From Chrysomallon squamiferum (lineage: Eukaryota; Animalia; Mollusca): a stretch of 64,000 bases of DNA. The translations under genes were made by a program, and so were the position numbers. Below the pieces are notes generated by a model, which ran no database searches, was not told the origin of the DNA, and saw only the letters and a list, made by a program, of their open reading frames with translations. Position 1 is the stretch's first letter, and the number at the start of each line of letters is the position of its first letter. The stretch covers positions 22,196,001-22,260,000 of the forward strand of contig CM022679.1 of NCBI GenBank assembly GCA_012295275.1, written 5' to 3'. This document shows positions 1 to 13,500 of the stretch, piece after piece.

Positions 1-84
1 TCAACATGTCCGGTCGTACAAAACAGAACAGCAGCACGACATAATCAGCTTTAGCATTGAAGTACACGAATTTAAATTTGTCAT

Positions 85-310
85 ATGTAAACATACATGA
101 TAAACTTGAAATCGACAGAATGGGCATTTCGTATTTTGACAGTTTTGATCCATGTATAGTGTGTGTGTGTGTGTGTGTGAAAACTGAAACAATATACAAG
201 TTTACATTTTGTGATGTTATAAACATATGATATAATCTAAAGTCGACAGAATGATCATTTCGAATTTGGACAATTTTAACAAATGTGTACTGTGTGTGTG
301 TGTGTGCGCG
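85..310. repeat. ~135-bp diverged tandem duplication, each copy ending in (TG)n
   Basis: TAAACATA..TGATA..TCGACAGAATG..CATTTCG.ATTT.GACA.TTTT.. occurs at ~88-180 and ~219-306. Confidence 0.65.
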
Positions 311-989
311 TGCATACATAAATGCATGCATATATGTATGTGTGTGTGTGTGAGCCCCGCGCGCGCGTGTGTTTTAAGTATGTGCATTTTATTTATACTG
401 TCACTTTCAGAGAAATCAAATATATCATAATATTTATCAACAAGTGCGATCAATAACATTTTATCGGCTAGGTCCCCATAAATCACAATATATCTGATAT
501 TCAGATCTGATCCTAATATACAATCACACCATTTCACCCGGCAGATATACCCGAACTAGAAAAGCCAGGACAGGCTTCACCTTAAACCCATTATTTATAA
601 TCCACATTTATCAAAGAAGTGAGCTCTAGCGATAAAGCATAAGGTTGATGAAGTCCCAAACGTCGTGGGTGACAACGTCGAGGTTTAATGCTGTGTTTTA
701 TTTAATCCTCTTAGTTTCGCCGGATTAACGTAATATAATCCGAAAGGCTTGATTAACAATAATAAGTTTGTGGTGTGAAAAAGTCACAGCAAGGAGTAAA
801 GAAAATTCAGTAATGGTTATGTTGATGGTGGTTACGAGAAGAAAACTGTAAGAATAAGAAACAGAGGATAAAAGATATAACAAATACATAATCAACGACA
901 AAGAAACAAATCATTAAAACACTATAAGAAAAATAAAACAATAAAATTATTAAAAACTCTCTCTCCAAAATAATAATAATAATAAATAA

Positions 990-1034
<45 letters not shown>

Positions 1035-1121
1035 ATATAAAGACAGTAAACAGATTAAAATATAATAACATAAATAAAATAATAAAATAAAATAAAATAA
1101 ATAAATAATAACAACAACAAC

Positions 1122-1163
<42 letters not shown>

Positions 1164-1319
1164 TAAATAAATACATGTAGTAATAAAACTATCATTATCA
1201 TAAAAAATTATTCTAATTGTTATTTACTTTAATTTACTTTGTCACTTTCTGTATGAGAATTTTATTTGTGTAGGTCGGTACGTATTAAAAGTTAAAGAAT
1301 AAAACAGTAAACGAGTGTA

Positions 1320-1356
<37 letters not shown>

Positions 1357-1715
1357 CAACAAAAAAAAAACAAAAAAACAACAACCCAAAACCCGCTTCA
1401 TTCTGAATATAATACTGGTTATAAACATGTCTAACATGAATCATAGCATTACAAACTTTTCAAAAGGCGCATAAGAAAAAATAAAATAAAATAAAGAAAA
1501 AATATAAAAGTAACAATAATAAAATTAAAATAGAAAACTAACAGTGAAAAATGTTTTGGTAAACTGATCAACAAATTTATAAAAAGAAAATAAATAAATA
1601 ATTTTTTTTTTAAAAGTGTTGATACAGTTCATTTCTTTCCTTTTTTTCTTCCTTCCTCTTTTTTTATAAGCTTGTTCTGTGTCGGATTGCTTATGTTACT
1701 ATTAATAAAAACGTA

Positions 1716-1764
<49 letters not shown>

Positions 1765-1998
1765 ACCCATGTATACTTTCCAATGTTAACACAGCGGATT
1801 ACGGTGACGGTTCAATTGTCAGTAATTAACGTACCAAGTTAACACTACGTAGTTACAGCTGGAGTTAAACAGTTCACGTACTTAATATAGTTTGTATGTT
1901 ACACAACAAGTCACAGGGTAAAACAGAAGTTGAAGAGATTTTACCAGTTAATTTGTAACGTTTGTATTCTCTTCATTTTTCTCTTTTCCGTTCTCTCT

Positions 1999-2039
<41 letters not shown>

Positions 2040-2251
2040 AATTGAAGTTTCGCTGTTTGGAAAGAAAGTCCTTTATTAGTTTTGAAATATATTCTTGACA
2101 AAATACATTTAACTGTTTTATGTATGTATATGTCTGTACATGTTTGCATATATATATGTATGTATATACATATATATCGGTGTGGGTTTGAGGGTGTTAG
2201 TACGTATGTATGTACCAGAAATTCATACCTCTGTCTGAACGCTCGAATCTA

Positions 2252-2344
<93 letters not shown>

Positions 2345-3770
2345 ATATTCATTTATTTATAGTGATCTACTCGGGACCAAACCTCGTGACACAGTAAACC
2401 AGACTTTACTAAATAAAGTTCTCTGGTTACTGATAAATGTTTAATGTATTTTTTGAATTAACTCAGAACTTACATACAGAATTAAAATTTCATCTGGAAT
2501 GAATTAAACATTAACGCATTGATAAACTGTTAAAATGCAGTCAGCGCTTAATACGCTACGGCAGAAGAATTGCAATCAAATAGGCCGTCAAAGCTTAAAG
2601 CTGTTGACTTTACAATCAGATCTTCAGATCTTAAAACTGATGACGTCATTATGCAATACTGGTGCCATGAATAATAAATACATAAAATAAAACAAAATCA
2701 ACAAACATTAATAAATAAAAATAATAAATAATTAAAATAAAATAAATGAACTGAAAAATATCTTTGTTGAATGTTTGTGAATGTAGTTATAAATAGAGAA
2801 AAAAAAAACATTAATAAAGAGAAGACTGCATAATTATATGAAAGGATGAATGGATAAAAATAATAATAAAAAAATAAAAATAAACACCTTTGCGAAATGT
2901 TTTGGATTTCTAAACCATTTTAACTGTAACATTATCCGTACGTGACTAGAATTCATTTTCAGAAACTGCAAAGACGTGAATAGGATTAGTTGTGGCTTTT
3001 TTCGGCACTAACCGGTATTTGATACGCTTTGCTTATTGTGCTTCATAGACCGGGTTTAAAAAGCCACAAACAAACGACTGAACTGAATACCTATATTGAT
3101 AATGGCAAATGGCAAAGGCGCATGTAATGTATTGATTCGTAGTTACAGAACGAATAATATACGTCAGTTCATATAACTCAGAGTAATAGAGTATACATAC
3201 TTCATAGAAGTCAGTATTTAGTTTGCTGTCTGTCTCTGCTTGCTGTTTTTGCGATTCATTTTTGTCACGAGTTACAGATATTACCATGTATGTATACGCT
3301 ACTCAAGGGTCAATCCAGCTGTTTAGAAGAAGGATTGCGTAATTATTAAAGTAAAAAATATATAAAAAGGTTGATTCAGAATTTTTGAAAAGAGGGGTTG
3401 CCCCACCTTTATGGTATAGGTAAAAGTGGATCCTTAATTTCAGAAAGAAAAGGGTTGCGTCTTTCACTGTGATGGGGATAACTTGCGAAATAAGTTTCGT
3501 TATAACATAAAGAAAAAGAAAAAAATTCAGAAAGGGCATGAAATAAGGATCATTGTGCGCTCTACCACGTTTTGAGTAAACCAGTGGAAAGATAAATATG
3601 TTAAATTATGCTTTAAACTTATCGGTCGTATTATTCGAATTACAATTTGTAAAATAAACACTCTGCTATTTACTTTAGTCAGGGAGGTCTCTGGTTTTGT
3701 GTGCCACGGTATAAAACAGATTTGTGTTTGTTTTTATATATCGTGGAATAAGTCTATATATAAATACAAA

Positions 3771-3794
3771 CTGCTGCTTCTGCTGCTACTACTT

Positions 3795-3842
<48 letters not shown>

Positions 3843-3948
3843 TTACAGTTACCATCAGTATTGCTATTAGTATTATTACTACTACAACTACTACTACTAT
3901 TACTACTGCTATTGTTGCTACTATTACGATACAACAACAACAACTATG

Positions 3949-4006
<58 letters not shown>

Positions 4007-4170
4007 ATAATAATACATACTAAAATGAAGAAGAAGACGAAAATAAAAACTCTATGAATATGTTGCTACTAAGTTTTGATAGCTAATATTTCACTGGTAC
4101 TGTCTGTAGTCATCATCATACAGCCAGATATCTCCTGTTGCATCACTGTTGCAACTATAACAGCTGCTAA

Positions 4171-4215
<45 letters not shown>

Positions 4216-4318
4216 AAATGTATAATTGTAACGTCGACAGGAACAACAATAATAACATCGATATCATCAAAACCATCGTCAACAACAACAATACTAATAT
4301 AACTACTACTTGTTCCAT

Positions 4319-4359
<41 letters not shown>

Positions 4360-4440
4360 ATAATAATAATAATAATAATAAGAAGAAGAAGAAGAAGAAA
4401 AAAAGAAGAAGAAGAAGAAGAAGAAGAAAAAGAGACAGAA
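3771..4440. repeat. Compound trinucleotide microsatellite field (TAC/TAT/TAA/GAA)
   Basis: Seen directly. Similar simple repeats: (AC)n 2256-2342, (CT)n 5191-5280 and 7341-7410, (AT)n 7904-7960, (GAT/AAT)n 30000-30103, 44328-44550, (AT)n(AG)n 53793-53898, (GT)n 62057-62278, (AG)n 62860-62981. Confidence 0.95.
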
Positions 4441-5189
4441 GAAATAAATTATCATAACGCCAAACTAATTTTCTTCTAGTTTAGCACCTGTCCCAGTCCC
4501 ACTGCATTTCTGCAAAGAATACGACTGTGAGATTTATGAGTCGTGAAAAAGGGTCGGGCTTATCCTTCGAGCACTTGGGTAATCTGAAGTTATTTTAACA
4601 GTATTGTGCTAGCCATGAGGCGATCATAAAGTAGCCAGTAGATATTAAAGATTGCCAATAAACTTTGTCAACCATGAGAAGCCGAATCCATTCAGCTACA
4701 CTCAATCATTCGAAAACAGTTAACAGACAGACAGTGTGTTCAAATAGGCGTGGGCTAAATTACCGTCTGTTTCTAAATGGTTTTCAGTGAACGGTATACG
4801 AACAGCATTTTTATTAACCAAGAGTTATGAAAAAAAAGGCATCAAAATAAAATTCAGAACTCTTTATAATGAGATGATATTGAAAGGTTGAAAAAAAAAA
4901 AAAAAAAAAAATAATAATAATAAATAATAAAAAAAATATGTATAAACGCATGTTAAAATTGTTTGGATTTGAACTTAAAAGGACGTGTGAATGACAATAA
5001 ACAAGACTTAAAAAATAGTAATAAATAAATAAAGAAAGAGAAAAGACAAGAAATTTGGATTTTTTTAAATGTTAGAATTTAGACAGTATTAGTCATTGCT
5101 AATGACGCAAGAAACTGAATTCTTTAAGAGAGAGAAAATTCCTTCGAATTCAGCTTTCAGATATAGAGTAAAAAAGATAAATAAGTGTC

Positions 5190-5283
<94 letters not shown>

Positions 5284-5809
5284 TTATATATACAAACTGC
5301 ATCTTTCCTAATTCTAATTTATGCTCAGAACACACCTATATATAAGTGCATTTTAAATTTTTTATGCGGAATAACATATATGTATTCTTTTACATTTCTT
5401 TTTTGTTTTTAATTCAGAGATTTATATTTCACATTATTCAGCTCTGTCATGTTTACACATCAATATAAAATTTAATACCTATTCTAACAAGAACATAAAA
5501 TTGCGTGTTTTGCTGTTGTTATTGTTGGAGGTTTTTTACATTTAAGATTTCATACAGATTTCGTACAGGCCTTAACATAGTTCTCTGAATTGATATTTTC
5601 AGTACAAGTAATCCAAATGGTAATAACTGTTAATTTATTCTTTTTCCTCATATTTTTTAATTCTTTAATAAATATCGAAAATACAAAAATGGAGAAAACA
5701 GTGTCAATTTTGTTTTCTTTCGAAAACCTGAAAACTAATAAAATCTCTCTATAACAAAGTATTTTAAAACAAGATTAAAAGAGATTTTTTCTTTTTTTTC
5801 AAAGCTTAC

Positions 5810-6155
5810 CAAAAATTGGAATTCGTGTTTTTTCTGGATCTCCGTAGGCAACTTCGACACCTTCAGGAATAGTTCCAATTGGTACATTGAATGACTGTCT
5901 CGAGCGATCTCCGCGATTTGACTGTCGGCTCTCCCTCCCTAGGGCGCTCAAACTTTTCCTCGTTGGGTAAGCGTTTTCACTAGCCAGCGGGCGGCCCGAG
6001 GGCTGAGAGGAAGGCCTGTCCCCCGCTCGGGATACGCCTCTCACATCCATGTTGCCCGGATTGCTCATTCTAGACAGAGGGTGCTGAATTTCAGGCAGAA
6101 GACCAATTTTACCACCAAACTGGCTGCCTGGTCGAGAAACACCGACTTGTGACAT
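5810..6155 (-). CDS. First coding exon (115 codons + 1 nt) of an unidentified gene; downstream exons probably lie left of the window
   Basis: ATG at 6155-6153 opens a GC-rich, non-repetitive S/R/G/P-rich frame (MSQVGVSRPGSQ...DPEKTRIPIF) ending at a consensus donor TTTG|GTAAGC (intron starts at 5809, phase 1). CpG-rich promoter-like DNA lies at ~6320-6720. I found no phase-compatible exon in 1-5800. Confidence 0.7.
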
Positions 6156-7337
6156 TGTGATTGTTTTTATTTATTATCACCTTTTAGAAATGTATAGGTC
6201 CTCAGTTATTTCTCTCTCTGTCTCTTTCTCTCTTAAGAAATATATATATATAAGAGAAAAATATATTAACTAATCCGGGAATGAAATATATTTTTATATG
6301 TATATATATATATTTTTTTCAAGCCTTCGTTAGTGGCCTACATCAACTCCCGATAGCTAGCTATAGCCGTGGCCAAATCAAACAACTGGTTGTCAAGAAC
6401 GACGTTCGCTGGGTAACCCAAGTCGCTGTGATTAGTTTGTGAATTGTAACGACATCCGAGTCCGTGTGTATGCACGTCCCGGGTTTAGTTCTACCTGAAC
6501 GCTACAGTGATTCTCTACAGCTGAGACCTCTCGAGAAGCAGGACAAAAGAGAGGGCAGGCGTGATTGTTTAAGAACAATTTAGTACAACGAGAGACACCG
6601 CCAGACGTCTTTGTTCGTTGATTTAACACGAGAGGCTGCAATCAGACGTACAATGCGGCGTTTAGAAAACATGATCTGTTATTGCCCGATACAGTTTTGT
6701 TGCTTCATTACGAGTGCGGCAGGCGTAATTGTTCAGAGCAAAATCGTAATAAGACATTGTTGTAATTTTAATAATGGTTAACGATAGCGTAATACTATTT
6801 AATTTGTTAACTGACAGTTATATTTATTTATTTATTTATTTATTATTATTTTGATACTGATTTTGATTGTTATTATTATTTTTTTTTTTAAAGTTTGATA
6901 TCGGTGGTCTTTAACAGTAAAGCAAGAGTCAATAATCTAATTATTGGCAGCTCGATTAGAGATAAGTCGCGTAAACCCTAAATTTACGTTAAAGCTTTCT
7001 AAATAGGTGCTTCTGTGGCGGTGACGTGTTTTTCTCTCTGTCAACGTGAATTGCAACGTAAATAAACCGTTACGTTGTAGAAAGAAAGAAAGATTTAACT
7101 ATATACTCAACATATTTATTATCTCTGGTTAAGGACTGTACACTTTGTACACTTTTAGACGTTACTAAAAGAAATATTTATCGAACCACCCAACGAACGA
7201 CAAGCAAATAACAAAAAGACATATAATTATTTCTTTCCAATTTTTATATCAACTTTTATGTATATCGATCTATCTATCTCTGTTTCTCTGTTTGTTTAAC
7301 GATTTCTCTGTCTGTCTGCTTATCTCTCCTTCTGTCA

Positions 7338-7414
<77 letters not shown>

Positions 7415-7900
7415 ATACGTGTGTGTAAAACGCTAGTAGAAACCCGCTGCTACCCCATGACGTTTTTCTCATTTTCAACGAGCAAGAAAAGATAACTTTT
7501 ATGTACCTTCTCATTGCCTAAAAAAAAAAATATATATATTACTTAACAATAAACTCAACACATTTGTAGTCTATGGTTAAGAACTATGTGTATATATAAC
7601 TTGTTTTCTTTCTTCTTCTCTTTTCTTTGTACTCAAGGAAGAATAATTATCTTGAGTGTGTTGGTTTTAGTATTATCAAGAAGGCGTTAGTTTAATAAAA
7701 CTGTTAATGTTCAGATATGTAATTGTAAATCTCTCCGCAAACACATTTCCAATAAAAGGGGATAAACTTAAGCTGATATTATTAATTATTTGTGATTTTT
7801 CTTTTTTATCCCCGGAGAGTTCAGGACAAACAAGTTATATAATTAACTGTAAGTACGTAAGAATATATATAGACGTACTTACAATTTTATTCATTTATTT

Positions 7901-7964
<64 letters not shown>

Positions 7965-8186
7965 AAATAAATGAATAAAAGAAAAAATAAAGAATTAATA
8001 AAAGAGAAAGAAATGAAAGGAAATAAAGCAAATCAAAATAAAAGTGGATCTGACTAATCTTATTATATAACAAACAGACATAAAGGCAAATAAATTTAAT
8101 TAAAAATATTAACTCAATACATCCATGGATGATTATATTTATACAAAAGGCAAAAAAGAAAAGGAAAACCAAACTCAATAATGAAA

Positions 8187-8234
<48 letters not shown>

Positions 8235-8425
8235 AATAAATAAATAAATAATCTCCCAATAAAAAATTCAAATATAACAACAATAAAAGTGCGTCTTTTA
8301 GGTTAACTCTCTCGATTCAGCTAAGTCCTCGCGACATTTTTTTTTTTTAATCAAAAGCTGTTGTTTACACTTTCCGTTCAATGTGAAGGTGTATATACAT
8401 AAAAAAAAGACTTCTTGTTGCAGCC

Positions 8426-8709
8426 CAGAGGCAGTGATGGACCGAAATTTCTGGGGGTATGAAGTTTGAACTCTTATAGGGCTCTTGCAAAGAGCAATAA
8501 GGTCTCGGTAAACACTGTTGTTTTCTTCAATAGTCTTGATCCATGACAGGTCACTATAATGTTGTTGTTTTGGGGTTTTTTAAACACAGCATCTGAGATT
8601 TGGATTAAAAATTTTAAGCAGTGTGGACTAAAGTCTCTTGTGAGGTTCCTCCTCTATTAGGAGCCCAGAAACTTTAAGCTTCATTAGTTTCATTAAAGAT
8701 CTGCCTCTG
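8426..8709. mobile_element. Old MITE-like element
   Basis: Perfect 9-bp inverted ends CAGAGGCAG / CTGCCTCTG with weak subterminal similarity (ATGAAGYTT, GGGCTC). No TSD recognisable. Confidence 0.4.
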
Positions 8710-10529
8710 CTCCTGTATAGCGGAAGCGGGTTTCCAGCAGCGTTACATAACACATTTCTTCATTACTGACATGACAAAAGCACCTTGAAAAACGTGAATG
8801 TGTTAAGGGATACATTAAAAAGCTTTCATCTCGATCAAAAAATGTATGTAGTCATTCATATTCAAATAAGTCACCTGATACGTCTTATTGTTTCTCTACT
8901 GTTACCGCCCTACAAAGATTACTTGAAATGAAATATTATACGATTTTTAATGATTCATAAAAATCTTGGCCATTAATAGTTAAAGTGAGAAAAAAAAAAA
9001 AAAAAATTAAAAAAAATAATAATAAATAAATAATAATAATAAAAAATAAATATGGAGATAATAATAATAATAATAATAATTTTCAAGATGAACGTTATTC
9101 GGGTAAACAATACTTTTTTTTTTATTGTCCACTGTGTTCTTTTCAATCTGAATTTGAGAAGTTAAAAAATATAAACAACTAAATAATCATGATAATGATA
9201 AATATATATTTACTGAAATAATAAAATACTTTCCATTAACAAATTATAGAACAAATAACACATCAAAATCAATTCATTCCAACATTTTTATTAATCAGTG
9301 AATTTTTAACAAAGAGTTGCCCGACTGATTGGTTTCAATTCATGAATACTGCAGAATTTTAAAATTATTTTTCTAACAGTATTGTAAAAGAACCTATGTT
9401 ACATTTCACGAGTAAAAGGTTTGGAAATTTCTCACAGTTCAAGAGAAACATCAGAAAGTAATTTCTTGTCATTCAAAAATCTCACTTCTTTTTACATTTA
9501 CCCCATAAACTACTTTTCATGTATACTACAAAATAAAACATATTTAAATTTCAAAATTATATTTTGAAACAACATACTGGCTTTTTGAGACTAGAACTGA
9601 AATCAGTAACATTAATAAATGAAATTATACATTAAATTTTTCTCATCAACTAAAAGATATGTTTTTTTAAAATTCTGAATGTTACAAGTAGAGTTGTAAA
9701 TTTTATTAAAAAGCTGTAAGGTAGATGAACCAGAATTTTATATGTGAGTTTCTGAACTGATTAGAAAAGCTGAAAGTTGATACATATCTAAGAAAATGCA
9801 CTTGATGTTACAAGCATGCACACATCACAGTATCTGTTCAGTAACAATCTTAACAAATCTTAATTTTATCAAACATTTGTTTTTAATTTTTAATTTTTTT
9901 AATTTTTTTATTTTTGTGAATCCAATAGTCACTACTGACTAAAAACAAATGAAAATTTGGTGCCCAGTTCTGTCAATAAGCTAAATGTCAGATTCCATCA
10001 CTTTGCATCAAAAAACAATATACATGTAGTTTCTTCAAGCAAAATCATTTTTTTCTGCAATAAAGCAAGTTTTGTAAGACATATTTATAATTCTGGAGGT
10101 AAAGTAATTCATAATTTAATAATGTGTTAATGTTAACACCTGAGCAAACAAAAATAACCTCTCAGATATATTTGTATTTAAAATAACTAACAAGATTAAG
10201 AGTACATTAAATTATCTATCTTCCTGAATTTGTAAACAAACTGAACTTACAACAACTCACATAATTTTCATAACCACTGATACCTCCACTAAACATCTGT
10301 ATTTAAATAAACTGTTTAAATTCAGATAATTTTCAAGATCCGTACACAAAGCATTTTTTTTTTTTTTTTTTTTTTAATCTAAACTAACATGGTTTAAAAT
10401 CAATCATCCATTTTTTTGGGGACAAAACTCTTGGTACCAGTATCTAAATGCACTTCATTTATTTCTGATAGTCTCCAGAAATTCAGATTTTTCTGATCCT
10501 GAATTTGCTTGGACTAAAGTCTGATGACA

Positions 10530-13500
10530 TCAGCTCTCTTCCATCTCAACCACAGGAATTTCTGAGTTCTGTGAAACTGGTTTCTGGTAGGCTGGGTTAG
10601 GAATATCTTTCCTGACTTCAAATATCTACAAGTATGTAACAGAAACATGTCATGGTTATTTTTCACCTCATTTTAGTTTCTTATCAACATCTGAGATATG
10701 ATAACCATTCTGGCCATTAAGTCTTGCTGGAGTTTAATTATTTAAATGACATTTGTATTAATATTGTAACACAATAATTTCTAATTTTTGCTTTTTGAAT
10801 AATTCAGAAAGAAAACAAAAAAAAAAAAAAAAAAAAAAGAAAATGACACGTACAAAAACAAAACAAAAAAACCCAAACAATTAAAATAATAATATATTTT
10901 ATAACTATGATACAAAACATAAGGCAGGATTAAATTTGTATTATTATTATTTTTTATTATTATTATTATTTTTTGTTATAAATTTGATTTTACTCAATGA
11001 CAGTCCTGCCAGGTGACATTTGCCATTTTTCTTCTCAAAGGGAGATCACTCATAACAATAAAGTGAATTGATAGCTTTATATTTTATGATTTGAAGTATT
11101 TTCCTACATGTCTTCATGACAATGAAACTTGATCAACTGAGCAGTGTCAATTCAATAATCATTTAATTCTACATCTTATAACTTGTGTGTTTAAAATATT
11201 CATGTTACTTTGATATTAATTTTCATTTTATTTTTCACTTTTTTTTAACTGCTTTATCTAATAAATATTAATATCTAATATATTGAATACCTTCAATTAC
11301 CATTTAAAAATTAAAATAATAAAATAGATTAATATATACAAATTAATAAAATAAATAAATAAATATATAAACAAATAAAAAACAACAACAAGTTTTTTCT
11401 GTTCATATAACATGAATAATAACAAGAAATAATAATCATAGTAATGATGATGATGATAATAATAATAATAATAATAATAGTAATAAAGAAGACACACACC
11501 TGAATGTAACTCTCTGACAAAGTGATCATCTGAGGAAGAATGTCAGAAACATGCAGATCTTGTAACTCATACCATTTACCAGTAGCCTGAAATATACAGT
11601 GAATACTTGTATAAATAAATAAATAAACAAAGAAACAACAGATAAATAGACAGACATATAAATGTATATATGTATATAATAATAATTAAACAAAATAATA
11701 ATTAAAACAATTTTATTTTTTAAAAATTAAAAATTAGAAATTAAAAAAATTAATTAGATAGCTAATTAAATAAAATAAAAAATCAGTGATAAAAAAAAAT
11801 ATATATATATATTTATATATATATAATCACTAAACAAATGTTTTGCTTCAAGATAATACTAATAGAATACTTTGTGCAGAATATGTCCTCTGAAAGTTCC
11901 TTTGCCACACCCAGGCTCTCCATCGTGGATGATGTTGGCCACAAGATCATAAGTTGTATATTTGTGTTTAGATCTTATCTCTGTTGACAACATATCACCA
12001 AAGTCTATGTTTCTATAAATATACAAAAATAGGGAATTTATTAGTAGAAATAAAAGTAGAATAATAAGAAAATTGATATACAAAAATAAAAAGAGAGGAT
12101 TTGTTAGATGAAATACAAATAGAATAACAGGAAAATTAATATATAAAAATAAATGTAGAGAACTTGATTTTAGAATTACCAGTACAAAACAGGAAATTTA
12201 ATATACAAAAATAAATAGAGAGGGCTTGGTTGCAGAAATAAAGGTGAAATATAGGAAAATTAATGTATAAAAGTAAATGCAGCGGGACTTGATTCTAGAA
12301 ACACATGTAGTAAGTATTAAAATTAACACACAAAAATAAATACAGAACATTTAATTGTAGAAATACCAGTATAAAATAGGAGAATTAATTTATAAAACTA
12401 GAGAGGACTTGATTTTAGAATGACCAGTACAAAATAGGAAAATTAATACATACCAAAATAAATACAGATGAAATGTGTTGGTGGAAATTATTATAAAAAA
12501 CAACACAAATAATGCCAACTGAAACAACCTTTAACATTAAATAGTAAATGGGATGCAAATATGAATCTTTTTAATTTACATGTTGAAAATTCTAATTATT
12601 TTTATTAGCTTTTGTAATTCCAAAATGTGTGACAACCAAATTTTGTATTTATTTTATTTTTAAAATTTTAATTTAACAGGTTTTTTGGTACAAAATTATT
12701 AACAGTATAAAATGTATTTTAACATTAAAAAAAACATTCAGTAAAAACCAGGACAGGACTTACTTGATAGGAAAATTCACAATGGTTGGATTCTTCTCAT
12801 GAACAAAGTAGTTTTTGTTGAAACGCTGAAGGAAAAAGTAAAATGTTAACACTATCTTACAGATAAAAATAAAAGTACTCAAGTGATATAGTAAACATTC
12901 AGTTTCACAGCTTAAATTTAATATAAAGTATTTATGAGACACTTTTTGTAACACAAATGTAATTTATAAACAGGCTTTAAAATAAACTTAAATATTTAGA
13001 AATTTGAAAATAAAGATGTTTCTTTATTAAACTATTATACAAATGCACTCAAACAACAAAAAAATGAAATAAAAAATAAATAAAATAAAGATAATAATTA
13101 TAGCAGATTTCAAGACATAAAAAAATAAAAACTTTTCATGAAAACAAATCACCACTGCTAACATAACAGAAAGGATGGACATGAAGGTATACCTTCTCTG
13201 AATTTACACATGATTTACCTTGATATATATAATGATATATGGTGGCAGTCTAGTTAGCTCAAATTTCTTGTATGTGCTGTCTTTGTGTGTTTTATATTCC
13301 TTTTCAGATATACCGTTGAACTTTGACAGCAGAGTAGCAAAGGGCACTTGTGGGATAATGTTCTCTCGCAACTCATCAGGGTAGAGGGGGGGCCGAGGAA
13401 GGTCACAGGTCAAATAGAGCCAGGGTATCTCTTCCAGGGTTTCTGTAAAATTAACATTAAAATTAATTTATTTTAAATGGAATCTGTTCTCTGTAAATGA

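Noticed and set aside
4487-4582. Candidate second exon for the 5810-6155 gene (AG...GT bounded)
   Set aside because: The phase required by exon 1 contains a TAA stop.
922-5412. Many ORF-track entries with poly-Y/L/I/N, HT, SL or ER runs (also at 7292-8283, 43717-44533, 46541-46829, 53659-53909 and 60972-63415)
   Set aside because: They are translations of microsatellites, with no domain signal or splice context.
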